Assembly: GCF_006345805.1 (NCBI RefSeq)
Contig: NC_042999.1
Location: 154,318,001 to 154,382,000, forward strand
DNA length: 64,000 bases
Direction of reading: 5' to 3'
Origin: Octopus sinensis
Taxonomy: Eukaryota
Shown here: piece by piece, positions 52,341 through 64,000 of the stretch
Numbering within the stretch: the stretch's first letter is position 1
Layout: each line of letters opens with the position of its first letter
The notes under the pieces: model-generated
Told to the model about the DNA's origin: nothing
Database searches by the model: none
The model's input: only the letters and a program-made list of their open reading frames with translations
Translations under genes and position numbers: made by a program

Positions 52341-52539
52341 AAACAAATATGAAGGGGAAGGTGCGTGACTTCGTGGTCAGACCAGCCGTTCTCAACCACT
52401 TTTCACCTAGGGAGCCCTTTGATCCCTATTTTATTCAGGCGAACCATTATAACCATTCCCTGCTTTAAAAAATCCTATTATATTTTTATAAGAATTGTTA
52501 AAATGTTTTGTGCATTCTAGAAGTATAACCAATTTCATT

Positions 52540-52769
52540 TTTTATTCTTTCACTTGTTTCAGTCATTTGACTGTGGCCATGCTGGAGCACCGCCTTTAGT
52601 CGAACATATCGACCCCAGTACTTATTCTTTGTAAGCCTAGTACTTATTCTATCGGTCTATTTTGCCGAACCGTTTAACTATGGGGACGTAAACACATCAC
52701 CATCGTTTTCAAGCGATGGTGGGGAGGGACAAACACAGACACAAATATATACATACATACATACATACC

Positions 52770-52840
<71 letters not shown>

Positions 52841-53010
52841 TATATACGACGGGTTTTTTTCAATTTTCGCCTCCCAAATCCACTCACAAGAGTTTGGTCG
52901 GCCCAAGTCTATTGTAGAAGACACTTGCCCAAGATGTCACGCAGTGAGACTGAACCCGGAACCATGTAGTTAGGAAGCAAGCTTCTTACAACACATCCGC
53001 TCCCGCGCCT
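52540..53010 (-). mobile_element. SINE family A, full length
   Basis: Head aggcgcgggagcggatgtgttgtaagaagcttgcttcc and the standard tail. Confidence 0.9.
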
Positions 53011-53059
53011 AATTTATTGCAAATATACTTTCACAAAATCTTATGTTGTAACTCATTGG

Positions 53060-53235
53060 TTGTAACTCATTGGGTTAGACTGTTGCTCTGACGATCGTAT
53101 CACTCTGGTTTCAATTCCCAGTGCCAATAGCCCTGTGGTGTGCTATGATTTTTAGCAAAACACTTCGTTTCACGTTGTTCCATTCAATCAGAGGTAAATG
53201 AGTCCTAGTAAAGTTTGTGTATGCGCATGCAAGTG

Positions 53236-53334
<99 letters not shown>

Positions 53335-53760
53335 ACAGAACAATCCAACATCACTACGAGACCGGCGGTGAGATGTTGTAATTTCCATCACTTATATGCA
53401 AGGGAAGTGTTTTGCTCAAGAACACAACGCAGCGCCCAGTCCAGGAATTGAAACCATAATCTTACGATCATGGGGACCAACACCCTAACCAATAAACTAC
53501 ACGCCTTCACTTCCTTTCGCGTTGCCCCAGTCCTCTCAGTCAATGAAAGCGATTAATCCTGCGAGGGAGTATCATCCGGTCCATGAAGGAATATATCCGC
53601 CAACGAAACTGGGAAACCATCCATTCGCTCCTCGGAGAGTAATGTGAACTAACCATAGGCCATGGAAACCGGATAAATATCCGGCCGTATGAGGCCTGGA
53701 GCTCATGACACACCATGTTGAAAGTTCTTCGGTGGAGGTCACTATCAGCGATGGTAGACT
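53060..53760. mobile_element. Decayed SINE C-type pieces on both strands around a (GT)n tract at 53237-53330
   Basis: ttgagcaaaacact motifs at about 53155 (+) and 53415 (-); tail Y-like ccatggaaaccggataaatatccggccg at about 53665. Confidence 0.55.
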
Positions 53761-53859
53761 ATGATTTTGCATTTGTATGTATTCTGTAATACAGTATAGC
53801 GTTGAAACAAAGCACTGTTAATGCATGAACCATCATGATTTAATATTGGTTTCAAAATT

Positions 53860-54050
53860 TGGCACAAGGGAGTAATTTCGAGGGAGGGGGTACGTCGATT
53901 ACAACAGCCCCAGTATTTAACTAGTTCTTATTTTTATCGATTTCGAAAGGATGAAAGGCAAAGTAGATCGCGGCGGAATTTGAACTCAGAACATAAAGGC
54001 GGACTAGATGCCGCTATGTATTTTCCCGGCATGCTAACGATTCTGCCTTA
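53860..54050 (-). mobile_element. SINE family B, decayed
   Basis: aaggatgaaaggcaaagtagatcgcggcggaatttgaactcagaac...gctaacgattctgcc. Confidence 0.8.
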
Positions 54051-54146
54051 TATCTTTATTTAATAACAGCCGATAAAAATGTTGGTTGGTTGGTTGGCTG
54101 GTTGATAACTCCTGTCAAGGTTTACATCATATACTGAAAGGTGTGT

Positions 54147-54205
<59 letters not shown>

Positions 54206-55154
54206 GAGAACAGAGACAGACAGAGACAGAGACAGACAGACAGAGAAACAGAGAGAATTAACGTAAGAGGTGTAGGATTAGAGTCTTATAACTTACTGAA
54301 ACATTTAAATATTTTAAATGAAATTTGGCAGAGATGGAGTATATTGCGATTATGTTGATAAAAGTTAGAAAATGATAACTGATGTAGACGCCTCTGAACA
54401 GAATCTAATAAGATTCGAACATTGATTAAATTTGTTCATAATTTTTTCAACAGCTTAATCAGCTCTGTTTATATGGGCACTATAACAACCAAAGCCTCTA
54501 CCACGGATCCCTTGTGAATTTTGAAACAGACGCTTCCATGCAAACATCGGCCTTATTAGTCATCAGAGACATAAACACGGACAGAGGGGAAGAAGTGGTC
54601 AAGAAGAAACCAATTAAATTATCTGATACACGATAAAACGCCGCCACCGCCGATGCCGACGATGACGATTATATCATTGCTTGATGATAGAGTGTGGACT
54701 GAGATTCTCATTGATAGGGCCCTGATATTGAAAAATAAAGTGTTAGCATTTACGGTATATAAATTAGTAGCTCCAGTCTTCTGTAACTACTGTAATTGTT
54801 GAGTATATAAAAAGATTGGCAGCTGGTTTCTCTGGGATTGGCTAAATTAATGTAAACGTCCCTGATGAGAGTCCAATGACATATCCAAAAATCGATTAAT
54901 GCTGTTCATCATATGTTCAATCTCATGAGAAACAGCTTAATTAATCCTGTCTATATAGGTTTTGTAGAGATTACAAACATTTATTGCAAATATAGAAATG
55001 AGAAATTTGTTTTATTCAATTTTATTTTAAGGTAAAAAAATATTCCGGGGATGTACTTGCATAGCAAGTGACCTGATCTGAGATCGTGTGCCGGAACGAA
55101 ACAATTGCAGCGTGGAAAGTGTTTATAAGCCATTTAAGAAACACACAAACACTT

Positions 55155-55265
55155 TTAGATTCACTTCAACATTTAAATTTAATTTGCCAAAATATTTTCG
55201 TCGCTTTGAGACCGCGACCTGTTCACTGAAAGACAAATTAAATTTGAATATTGAAGTGAATCTAA
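55155..55265. repeat. Short hairpin with a decayed HHR-like loop (same type as 23829-24126)
   Basis: ttagattcacttcaacatttaaatttaatttg pairs with caaattaaatttgaatattgaagtgaatctaa. The loop (minus) reads tgaaca GGTCGC...GCGAC GAAAATATTTT. Confidence 0.55.
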
Positions 55266-55529
55266 CGGTTTTTGTGCTTTTCCTATATGGATTATAAATT
55301 GCAATTGTCTGTAATAAATATTCTTCTTTCGAAAAATAGCTTTCATTTCAGCATTTTGTTAAAATACCAAGAAATTTGATAAAAAGTTAAATTGTAATTA
55401 TTGTATGTATACCATATTTCCTGATATTATCTATGGTACAGTAATTCTTCGACTATCGTGGGTGTTACGTTCCAAAACACGCCGCGATAAGTGAAAATCC
55501 GCTAAGTAGAAACGGTACTGTACTTTCTT

Positions 55530-55735
55530 TTATTCTTTCTTTTACTGGTTTCAATCATTTGATTGCGGCCATGCTGCAGCACCGATTTAGTCGAACAAAT
55601 CGACCCAAGGACTTATTCTTTGTAAGCTTACTACTTATTCTATCGGTTTCTTTTGCCGAACCGTTAAGCTACGGGGACGTGAACATCGGTTGTCAAGCGA
55701 TGGTGGATAGACAAACACAGTCACACAAACATATA
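55530..55735 (-). mobile_element. SINE family A, 3' half
   Basis: caatcatttgattgcggccatgctgcagcacc...ggttgtcaagcgatggt. Confidence 0.85.
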
Positions 55736-55795
55736 TACACATACATACATACATACATACATACATACATACATACATACATAATATATATATTA

Positions 55796-55831
<36 letters not shown>

Positions 55832-55833
55832 TC

Positions 55834-55872
<39 letters not shown>

Positions 55873-55895
55873 TATATGTATGAACCAGTGAGATG

Positions 55896-56100
55896 TCATT
55901 CAGACTTCCTTAACATGAATGACAAAGAGTTTACGGAAAGTATAAACATCACAGAGAGGCTGTCTCCTTGGAATATACCTTTGCGATACTGTATTCTATC
56001 GGTGATAATACAGTCACACCTTGTTTTTAATTTCGAGATGGTGGCCCACGATGAATTCAGGTCAGCTATGGCTTTGATTATTCTCACTGGAACTTTAGCA
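55896..56100 (-). mobile_element. R4/Dong-like RT fragment
   Basis: IQYRKGIFQGDSLSVMFILSVNSLSFML (RT motif QGDSLS). Confidence 0.75.
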
Positions 56101-56104
56101 AGTT

Positions 56105-56734
56105 GAATGCATGCATGTATGTATGTATGTATACAGGAATGCGTACATACATACAATTCATACATACATTCATACATACATACGTACATACATACATACA
56201 TACATACATGCAACATACATATATACATTTATATATACGTACATACATTCATCCATACATACAGACAGATAGACAGACATTTATACATGTATATATACGT
56301 ACATACATACATTCATACATACATACAGGCAGACATTTATACATACATACTTACATATATACATACATACTTACATACATCCATCCATCCATCCATACAT
56401 ACATACATACATACATACATAATACAGACAGACATTTATTCATACATACAGACAGACATTTATACATACATACATACATGCATACATACATACATACATA
56501 CATACACACATACACACATACACACATACATACATACATACATACATGCATACATACATACATACACACATACATACATACATACATACATACATACATA
56601 CACACATACATACATACATACATACATGCATGCATACATACATACATACATACACACATACACACATACATACATACATACATACATGCATACATACATA
56701 CATACATACACACATACATGCATACATACATACA

Positions 56735-56768
<34 letters not shown>

Positions 56769-56778
56769 CATACATACT
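56105..56778. repeat. ~670-bp imperfect (CATA)n array
   Basis: Directly visible. Confidence 0.95.
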
Positions 56779-56779
56779 A

Positions 56780-56990
56780 GCTGCTTTCTCGTATAGGAGG
56801 AGAAAGGCACAACTGAAAGGCACACCTTTTCACACAGCTTGCACACGTTCCGTTGTGAACAACAGCCGTATCACAATCTACAATGGGTTGATTCCTATGA
56901 GTTCTCTGATGGCTGACCAGGCCTACGTGTCTCAAGCATTTCCTCCCACAAATCACACACATAAAAAGCAACACTCCTTCATTTTCCACA
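56780..56990 (-). mobile_element. C2H2-type zinc finger remnant, probably the C-terminus of an RTE/BovB-like ORF
   Basis: CVICGRKCLRHVGLVSHQRTH, then a frameshifted second finger CKLCEKVC; no TGEKP linkers. Confidence 0.5.
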
Positions 56991-57152
56991 GGTTTGTCTT
57001 TTTTCTAAGCCTTCTATTGATCTTCTCATGCTTCATTCTCTCTCTTTCAAATCACTGAGCACTCTTTTCCTCATTCCATTCCGGTCTTGTGCCTGCCTCT
57101 CCCAATCAACAACTGAAACTTGTATACATACATACATACATACATACATACA

Positions 57153-57185
<33 letters not shown>

Positions 57186-57294
57186 GCACACACACGCACA
57201 CACACAGACACACACAGACACACTAACACACACACATATACAATAACGATAAATGAGTAAATGTTTGAATGAATATTCATATACTCTTACACTC

Positions 57295-57563
57295 TCTTTT
57301 ACTCTTTTACTTCTTTCAGTCATTTGACTGCGGCCATGCTGGAGCACCACCTTTAATCGAGCAAATCGACCCCAGGACTTATTCTTTGTAAGTACATGAG
57401 CCGTTCCAGTTAATACGAATTTTTGCACTTCCTGTAGGCATGGTAAGCCTGGTATCATTTTCAAATAGGTGTCTTTTGCCGAACCGCTAAGTTACGGGGA
57501 CGCAAACACACCAGCATCGGTTGTCAAGCGATGTTAGGGGGACAAATACAGACACACAAACAA

Positions 57564-57634
<71 letters not shown>

Positions 57635-57805
57635 CATCTATACGACGGGCTTCTTTCAGTTTCCGTCTACAAAATCCACTCACAAGGCTTTGGTCTGCCC
57701 AAGGCTATAGTAGAAGACATTTACCTAAGGTGCCACGCAGTGGGACTGAAGCCGGAACCATGTGGTTGGTAAGCAAGCTACTTACCACACAGCCACTCCG
57801 GCGCC
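57295..57805 (-). mobile_element. SINE family A, full length, carrying an ~80-bp R4-LINE coding insert (57394-57471)
   Basis: Minus strand cggcaaaaga|cacctatttgaaaatgatacc...gctcatgtac|ttacaaagaataagtcc. Confidence 0.85.
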
Positions 57806-57989
57806 TATATCGATACTATTATTTTTTTCCTTCTTTCTTCAAATTTTCTTCCATTTCTCGCCGAGTGTTTTCCGTACACAGGCAGAGATGCACATTGTAT
57901 GCATTCCTAGATTACACACGCAAATTCACAGGTAAAATATGTATTTAAATAAATAAATAAATAAATTCATGAATGGATATTGTTTTCAC

Positions 57990-58330
57990 ACCTATAATGC
58001 TCTTCTCAGTACATGAGTCGTTCCAGTTAACACGATTTTTTGCACTTCCTGTAGGGATGGTAAGCCTGGTATCATTTTCAAATAGGTTTCAGTACTTTTT
58101 TTTTTTTATCATTCCTAGAGATCCTGCAATCATTGGTACTGTAGTCGCCTTGAAATGCCACATTTTTTCAATTTCTATTAGCAAATCTTTATATTTACTG
58201 ATCTTGTCAAATTCTTTCGCCGCTATATTGTGATCGCAAGGAATACTCATGTCAACTAATAAACACACCTTTTTTGTCTGATCTTTTATAATAATATCCG
58301 GTTTATTAGCTTTTATAGTTTTGTCGGTAT
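57990..58330 (-). mobile_element. R4/Dong-like restriction-like endonuclease (RLE) domain and ORF end
   Basis: TDKTIKANKPDIIIKD...CLLVDMSIPCDHNIAAKEFDKISKYKDL...GSLG...YLKMIPGLPSLQEVQKIVLTGTTHVLRRAL*, a PD..D/E-xK type motif. Confidence 0.85.
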
Positions 58331-58362
58331 AGCAGTAGCAAATATATATACATACATATAGT

Positions 58363-58615
58363 GGAGGCGAGAGGCTTAGTGGTTAGGGTGTCAGCACCAT
58401 GATCGTAAGATTGTGGTTTCGATTCCTAGACCGGGCGACGCGTTTTGTCCTTGAGCAAAACACTTCATTTCACGTTGCTCCTGTCCACTCAGCTGGCAAA
58501 AATGAGTAACGCTGCGATGGACTGGCATCCCGTCCAGCTGGGGAACACATGCGCCATAGAAACCGGAAAACCGGGCCCATGAGCCTGGCTAGGCTTTAAA
58601 AGGGCGCATTTAATT
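58363..58615 (+). mobile_element. SINE family C variant (head C2 plus tail Y)
   Basis: ggaggcgagaggcttagtggttaggg...ggtttcgattcc...cactcagctggcaaaaatgagta...gcgatggactggcatcccgtccag...gaaaccgg. Confidence 0.85.
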
Positions 58616-59266
58616 ATTTTATACATATACATATATACATCTCATTCGTGTATATATGTATATTAATTGTTTATATATTTATGGATTTATGGATTTTGAA
58701 TATGTTTTAAGATTTTAATGATTTATACATTTGTATCTTTAAAAACTGATATACATTGATCCATGGTTATATGAATTGGAGAACCTATTTGAATTTTCCT
58801 TAATATTATATATATATATATTGTGCTAGAAACACCAGCGATAATAATTAATTTTATTTTATCGCATTTTGAATTTGTTTACATATTTCTCGATAAATTT
58901 TGAGAGTTAGACTAATACCAGAAATCCCTAGTTTGTCGGGTTTCGTGCTGCTGCGCTGCGCAGTGATATGATTAGTTAGAAAGAGCAAATTAGTAGACGC
59001 ACGCACATGTGTCTATCGAGTTGCGTTTCTAAATAAAGGAATCTACCTGAGTAAATGAATATTATTTTATTGCTGAAAAAGGCGAAACTGCAGTCTAAGA
59101 TGAACAGAGTTAGTAAAAGTTTTTTTTTCATTTCACTAAATTTATCAAGCTTCTGTGTTCTAGTACATACTTCGCCTTTAATGTACTTATATATGAATAA
59201 TATATGGCCTGTGCTAGAGAAACACCAGCGATAATAATTAATTTTATTTTATCGCATTTTGAATTT

Positions 59267-59342
<76 letters not shown>

Positions 59343-59419
59343 ATATAACCACGACGTCAAAAAACCTTTGAACTTTACGTAAAGCTGTTATTATTGTCAT
59401 TACTTTTTTTTAATTTATT

Positions 59420-59585
59420 TTACTCACTTTTTTTCTCTCCTGTGTTTTTCTGTGTCCCTTTCTGTAGTAGAGCGTGGGTCGAAACGTAAAAGACTTTTTC
59501 TATTCCTGAGCGTTATACTAATACACCTGTTGGTTTTGTACACAACCACGTGTTCGTCTTTTGTTTTTTCTGCAAAATCTCCCTA
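59420..59585 (+). mobile_element. Variant-HHR PLE-type repeat
   Basis: cttt CTGTAGT AGAGC gtgg GTC GAAAC GTA aaag at 59458-59492. Confidence 0.75.
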
Positions 59586-59608
59586 TATATATATGTACAT
59601 ATATATAT

Positions 59609-59665
<57 letters not shown>

Positions 59666-59876
59666 ATAGTTATCGCCATACTAATATGGCATTCTTAAAA
59701 AATAAGAAAAAAGCTGTCCGCTTATTAGCTCCATGAGGCCATCGCCTTAAGTTAGCTATTTGATACACAAACTGTATCCATATAACCTTCGAACAAGGGA
59801 GGTCAGTAAAATTAGTAGACGCTGTTCTCTTTTAGAGAGACTTAGTTATTTTAATATTTCTATTGGTATATATATG

Positions 59877-60247
59877 TATATAGAAAATAGTAAAGAGTGA
59901 AAAAACTACAGAATGCTTAAATGTTAAAAATATATATATATTTGCGTCAATATGTCTGAAGAATATTAGAAAATTTAAAAAAAAATTTTTTTTCCTCTTA
60001 TAATGACATAATTTAAAAGAAAGACCGGTTTCGCGTGTAGCTTTTCAAATTTCTTGCGACGTTATGTTTATGTTCAACATAAACATACACGCGAAACCGG
60101 TCTTTCTTTTAAATTATGTCATTATAAGAGGAAAAAAAATTTTTTTTTTTATTTTCTAATATTCTTCAGACATATTGACGCAAATATATATATTTTTTAA
60201 CATTTAAGCCTTCTGTAGTTTTTTCACTCTTTACTATTTTCTATATA
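59877..60247. mobile_element. ~370-bp hairpin (~160-bp arms) with a decayed HHR at the arm/spacer junction (60017-60055, -)
   Basis: tagaaaatagtaaagagtg...ccggtttcgcgtgta pairs with tacacgcgaaaccgg...cactctttactattttcta. Minus strand aagaaa tTTGAAAA GC tacac GC GAAAC CG GTC tttctt. Confidence 0.8.
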
Positions 60248-60296
60248 TTCACCCACGTGCTTTCACAAACCAACTTTCTTATCTCTCTCTCTCTCT

Positions 60297-60352
<56 letters not shown>

Positions 60353-60567
60353 GTAAGGAAAATTCAATAGGTTCTCCAATTTATATAAGCATTGATCGAT
60401 GTATATCATTTTTTAAATATATAAATGTATCAATCATTGAAATACTAAAACATATAAAAATCATGAATATATAATATATATAAATTGATGATATACATAT
60501 ATAAATAGACGAATGAGATTAAGTTATAAAAGTGCAGATGTATAAAATTATAGCTGTATAAAGATAA

Positions 60568-60625
<58 letters not shown>

Positions 60626-60864
60626 TATATATAATATATATATTAATATATATATATATATAATATATATCAACTCTTAAAATTGCAATTAAATGGTGTA
60701 GTAGAACGGAGTTGTAAGAAAAATTTGAAAATAAATGTGTCCTTTCGAGAAGTCTTACGAAAAGAGCGAACAAAGAAAAATCATAGCGTTGAGATTAGAT
60801 TTTTCAGAAGATATATGTTACTAAGAAAAGAGATAATCCTGTTTAGATAAACTGTTGGTGGTAG

Positions 60865-60956
60865 TCCAGTTACGGCCGTTTCAGGGGCACAGTAATCCAT
60901 AGATTTTAAGGGTGTTTTCACTCCAGAAATTGGATACTGCCTCCTTCATCAGAGAG
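60865..60956 (-). ncRNA. Hammerhead motif with canonical core and extended helix II
   Basis: CTGATGA AGG aGGC AGTA TCCA...TGGA t TACT gt GCC CCT GAAAC GGCC GTA; palindromic GGCC loop. Helix I is poorly paired. Confidence 0.7.
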
Positions 60957-61347
60957 AGTACATTATTCAGGATTATATAAATTAGTGAACCTATTTGAAT
61001 TCTCCTAAATATTTTTTACATTTTGCGTCTCAGACTTTTATCTGAACACTTCAAACTACTGCCTATACAATACACAAAGAAATTACACTGCATATTACGT
61101 CATATTTTTTTTTCTCTAGTTTCAGCTCAGAGCTGAGGTTATGCTGATGCACCGCGTTAACTTGAGTTTGTTTTTGAAGCGTTGAAATGTATTGTAGAAC
61201 AAGTAGAAGGATATATTTTTCAACCCGTAAATACTGATAGAACAGTACATATAGAATAAAATCCTTTTAGAGCAGAAAAGTTTGTCGGCAAGAAGCCATG
61301 TGTGTGCGCGCGTGTGTGTGTATACATGTATATATTTGTCAGAAATG

Positions 61348-61401
<54 letters not shown>

Positions 61402-61794
61402 AAGCGCATGCACGTATGCGCGCGTATGTGTGTGCGCATGCGTGTGGATTTCTCACAAAGGACATTACAACAAAAAATTAACGCAGTCTATTATACATCG
61501 GTTTACTTCCTTGTCCAATTCTTGCCGTAAATAAAAATATTTTCCCTCTTCCAATTGATGGTGTAGATAATAGATTGCATAACCTCATCCATAACTCTCT
61601 TTTCTCTTCTCCGACCCTTTATCTGATAAACAAACATTCAACTGAAGACCGTAGATCTGTCAGTCTATATTTAACCTTTTTTTTATAAACACTAATCTTT
61701 TCTCGTTGTCCAATCGATTCGTTTTCAATGCGAGCACTTTTTACATCAGAGGAAATATATTTACTCCTTCACGTATATATTTCTCCTTTTTCCT

Positions 61795-61991
61795 CATTAT
61801 TGTTACTACCACTATTACTACAACGACGACGACGACTATTACTACGACAACTCAAACCACCACCACCACCACCACCACCGCCACCACCACAACTACTACT
61901 ACTACTACTACTACTACTATTGCTGCTGCTACTACTACTACTACTACTATTGCTGCTGCTACTACTACTACTACTACTACTACTACTATTG

Positions 61992-62024
<33 letters not shown>

Positions 62025-62063
62025 TTATTGCTACTACTACTACTACTACTACTACTACTATTG

Positions 62064-62104
<41 letters not shown>

Positions 62105-62111
62105 GCTGCTG

Positions 62112-62142
<31 letters not shown>

Positions 62143-62265
62143 GTGGTAATAGTCGTCGTCGTAGTAAAAGTAGTAGTATAATGAGGAAAAGGGAGAAATA
62201 TATGTGGAGTAAATACTACTGCTACAAATACTACTACTACTGCTGCTGCTGCTACTACTGCAACT
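61795..62265. repeat. Compound (ACG/ACC/ACT/GCT)n trinucleotide microsatellite
   Basis: Directly visible; the poly-Thr and poly-Leu ORFs arise from it. Confidence 0.95.
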
Positions 62266-62339
62266 ATTACAACTGGCAGAATCGTTAGGGGAGTGGACCC
62301 GGAAGTTGCAGTACGCAAACAGCAGCAGTAATTTTCTTC

Positions 62340-62539
62340 AGCTGAATACACGTCATTGATTGGCTAAAATTGCTCAAATTCGACTTTAACACGGAATAAC
62401 TTCTAAAATACAAAATTTTGTCAAAGACGTTAAGAGTAAGCTCTGTTCTATGCGACACATTCTACCAGTATTCGAAGTTTCAAAGTGTTTAGTTAAAAAA
62501 AAATAATCTTAAAATCTGTCGGTCAGATTGAAAAGATCC
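62340..62539. mobile_element. Right end of a TIR element related to 16244-17535
   Basis: gacacattctaccagtattcgaagtttcaaa...gaaaagatcc is shared with 17450-17535. Confidence 0.65.
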
Positions 62540-62579
62540 GTAGAAACAATTATTATTATTAATATCATTATTTCATCCT

Positions 62580-62975
62580 CGAAGGCGGTAAGCTGGCAGA
62601 ATCTTTAAATACTTAACGGCATTTTGTCTGCCGTTACGTTCTGAGTTCAAATTCCGCCGAGGTCGACTTTGCCTTTCATCCTTTCCGGGTCGATTAAATA
62701 ACTACCAGTTACGCACTGGCGTCGAAATAACAGACTTAATCCGTTTATCTATCCTTGTTTGTCCTCTCTGTGTTTAGCTCCTTGTGGGTAGTAAAGAAAT
62801 AGGTATTTTGTCTGTCATTACGTTCTGAGTTCAAATTCCACCGCGTCTCGACTTTGCCTTTTATCCTTTCGGGGTTGATAAATTAAGTATCAGTTGCGTA
62901 ATGGAGTCGATCTAATCGACTGGACTCCCTCCCCACAAATTTCAGGCCTTGTGCCTTGAGTAAAAAAGATTATTA
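62580..62975 (+). mobile_element. SINE family B, head plus two units with different 3' ends
   Basis: Unit 1 ends gctccttgtgggtagtaaagaaata; unit 2 ends ccccacaaatttcaggccttgtgcct. Confidence 0.85.
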
Positions 62976-63034
62976 TTTCATTCACATACAGCAGATTAGA
63001 CTGTTGGGAAAAATTTCCAACATTGGGCTAAGCA

Positions 63035-63190
63035 ACCTTAGATGCCAAGAACCTTCCTAAGTATCCTAGTTGTTCTAATAACACTGTTTTCTGGAGCTGC
63101 ACTAAATTGGGTTTTATACCTATTTCCTCTATCCATCTGTTCAGATGGTTCACCCATGCGAAATTTTGCAGCTTTCTTTTTCTTCAGAAA
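63035..63190 (-). mobile_element. R4/Dong-like ORF C-terminal remnant (a different family from 57990)
   Basis: EIGIKPNLVQLQKTVLL...(frameshift)TRILRKVL. Confidence 0.55.
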
Positions 63191-63727
63191 GCAGCTTGTT
63201 TTTTCCCCACACGTTTATATATATATTTCCTTTGATATTTATTGTAGTTTTGTAAATTGTAGAAGGAAGGGTTTGTTGTTTTAAGGGATTGCTGATATCT
63301 TTAGATTTGGTGATTATGACGGATAGTTACTTTTCCCCCTCAGTGTTATCTCCAGCTCCTTCAGTATCTTATTAACCGTCTTAAATATTTTAATCACAAG
63401 TTTGGAATCATAAATGTTGGTGTTTCCCATCTGTATTAATATTATCACTTCCCACGATTATTCAACAGCTACCAGTAGCAGGTGTTGCCATGGTGGTGGT
63501 ATTAGAGACACTTGATGTTGTTGCAGTTGTCAATGTCGTTTTGGATGCTGTTGATGCTGTTGTTGTTCGCGATTGTGAATTTATATAACGGAAATTCCAA
63601 TTTAGTTTGTGTCATTATTCTGGAACGTACAAACATATTCAGATACAATGACTACACTAACATATTCCAACTTACATACAAACACTAACAACGTAACACT
63701 GTCTTGTACAAAGTTATAGGTAGAGGC

Positions 63728-64000
63728 GAGGCGGCGAGCTGGCAGAAATTTTAGCACGCCGGGCGAAATGCTTAGCAGTATTTCGTCTGCCGCTACGTTC
63801 TGAGTTAAAATTCTGGCGAGGCCGACTTTGTCTTTCATCCTTTTGGGGGTCGATAAATTAAGTACCAGTTACGCACTGGGGTCGATATAATCGACTTAAC
63901 CCGTTTGTCTCCTCTCTGTGTTTAGCCCCTTGTGGGCAATAAAGAAATAAGTATTTCGTCTGCCGCTACGTTCTGAGTTAGAATTCCGCCGAGGTCGACT
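63728..64000 (+). mobile_element. SINE family B multimer running off the window end
   Basis: ggcggcgagctggcagaaattttagcacgcc..., with a second unit starting at about 63951. Confidence 0.9.

Noticed and set aside
56780-56990. Possible member of the expanded octopus C2H2 zinc-finger gene family
   Set aside because: Only 1-2 broken fingers, no TGEKP linkers, and a GLVSHQRTH pattern typical of RTE ORF ends.
55896-58330. RT fragment and RLE fragment as one R4 element
   Set aside because: On the minus strand the RLE/C-terminus (58330-57990) lies upstream of the RT piece (56100-55896), which is the wrong order; they are separate insertions.
58822-59272. ~60-bp direct repeat (58822 and 59210) and ~90-bp repeat (12545 and 13020)
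   Set aside because: Short duplications flanked by (TA)n, best explained by microsatellite-mediated slippage; no further structure.
63470-63585. Thr/Ser-rich mucin-like frame on the minus strand
   Set aside because: Short, bounded by stops and lacking an acceptor; a decayed (AAC)n repeat.

Overview
AT-rich, microsatellite-dense eukaryotic non-coding DNA. The repeat landscape suggests an octopod cephalopod (Octopus); this is an inference, not a database match. I found no convincing host protein-coding gene, rRNA, functional tRNA or CRISPR array, and nearly all ORF-track entries are translated microsatellites. The window is a transposon graveyard. It holds a 5'-truncated RTE LINE, Tx1/L1 and R4/Dong-like LINE pieces, a full-length but defective mariner, further mariner/maT/hAT remnants, and dozens of tRNA-derived SINEs from at least three families. 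The most striking signal is a dense set of type I hammerhead-ribozyme (HHR) motifs from several unrelated sequence families: about 10 well-formed and about 15 variant or decayed copies. Many sit as outward-pointing pairs in the arms of 200-570 bp hairpins next to (TA)n tracts, and are best read as Penelope-like element (PLE) pseudo-LTR derivatives. Other points of interest are a high-copy HHR variant with a fixed A6U core change, a SINE subfamily that captured the C-terminal coding end of an R4-like LINE, and a Tx1 family associated with (CTAT)n. All coordinates were read by eye and may be off by a few bases.
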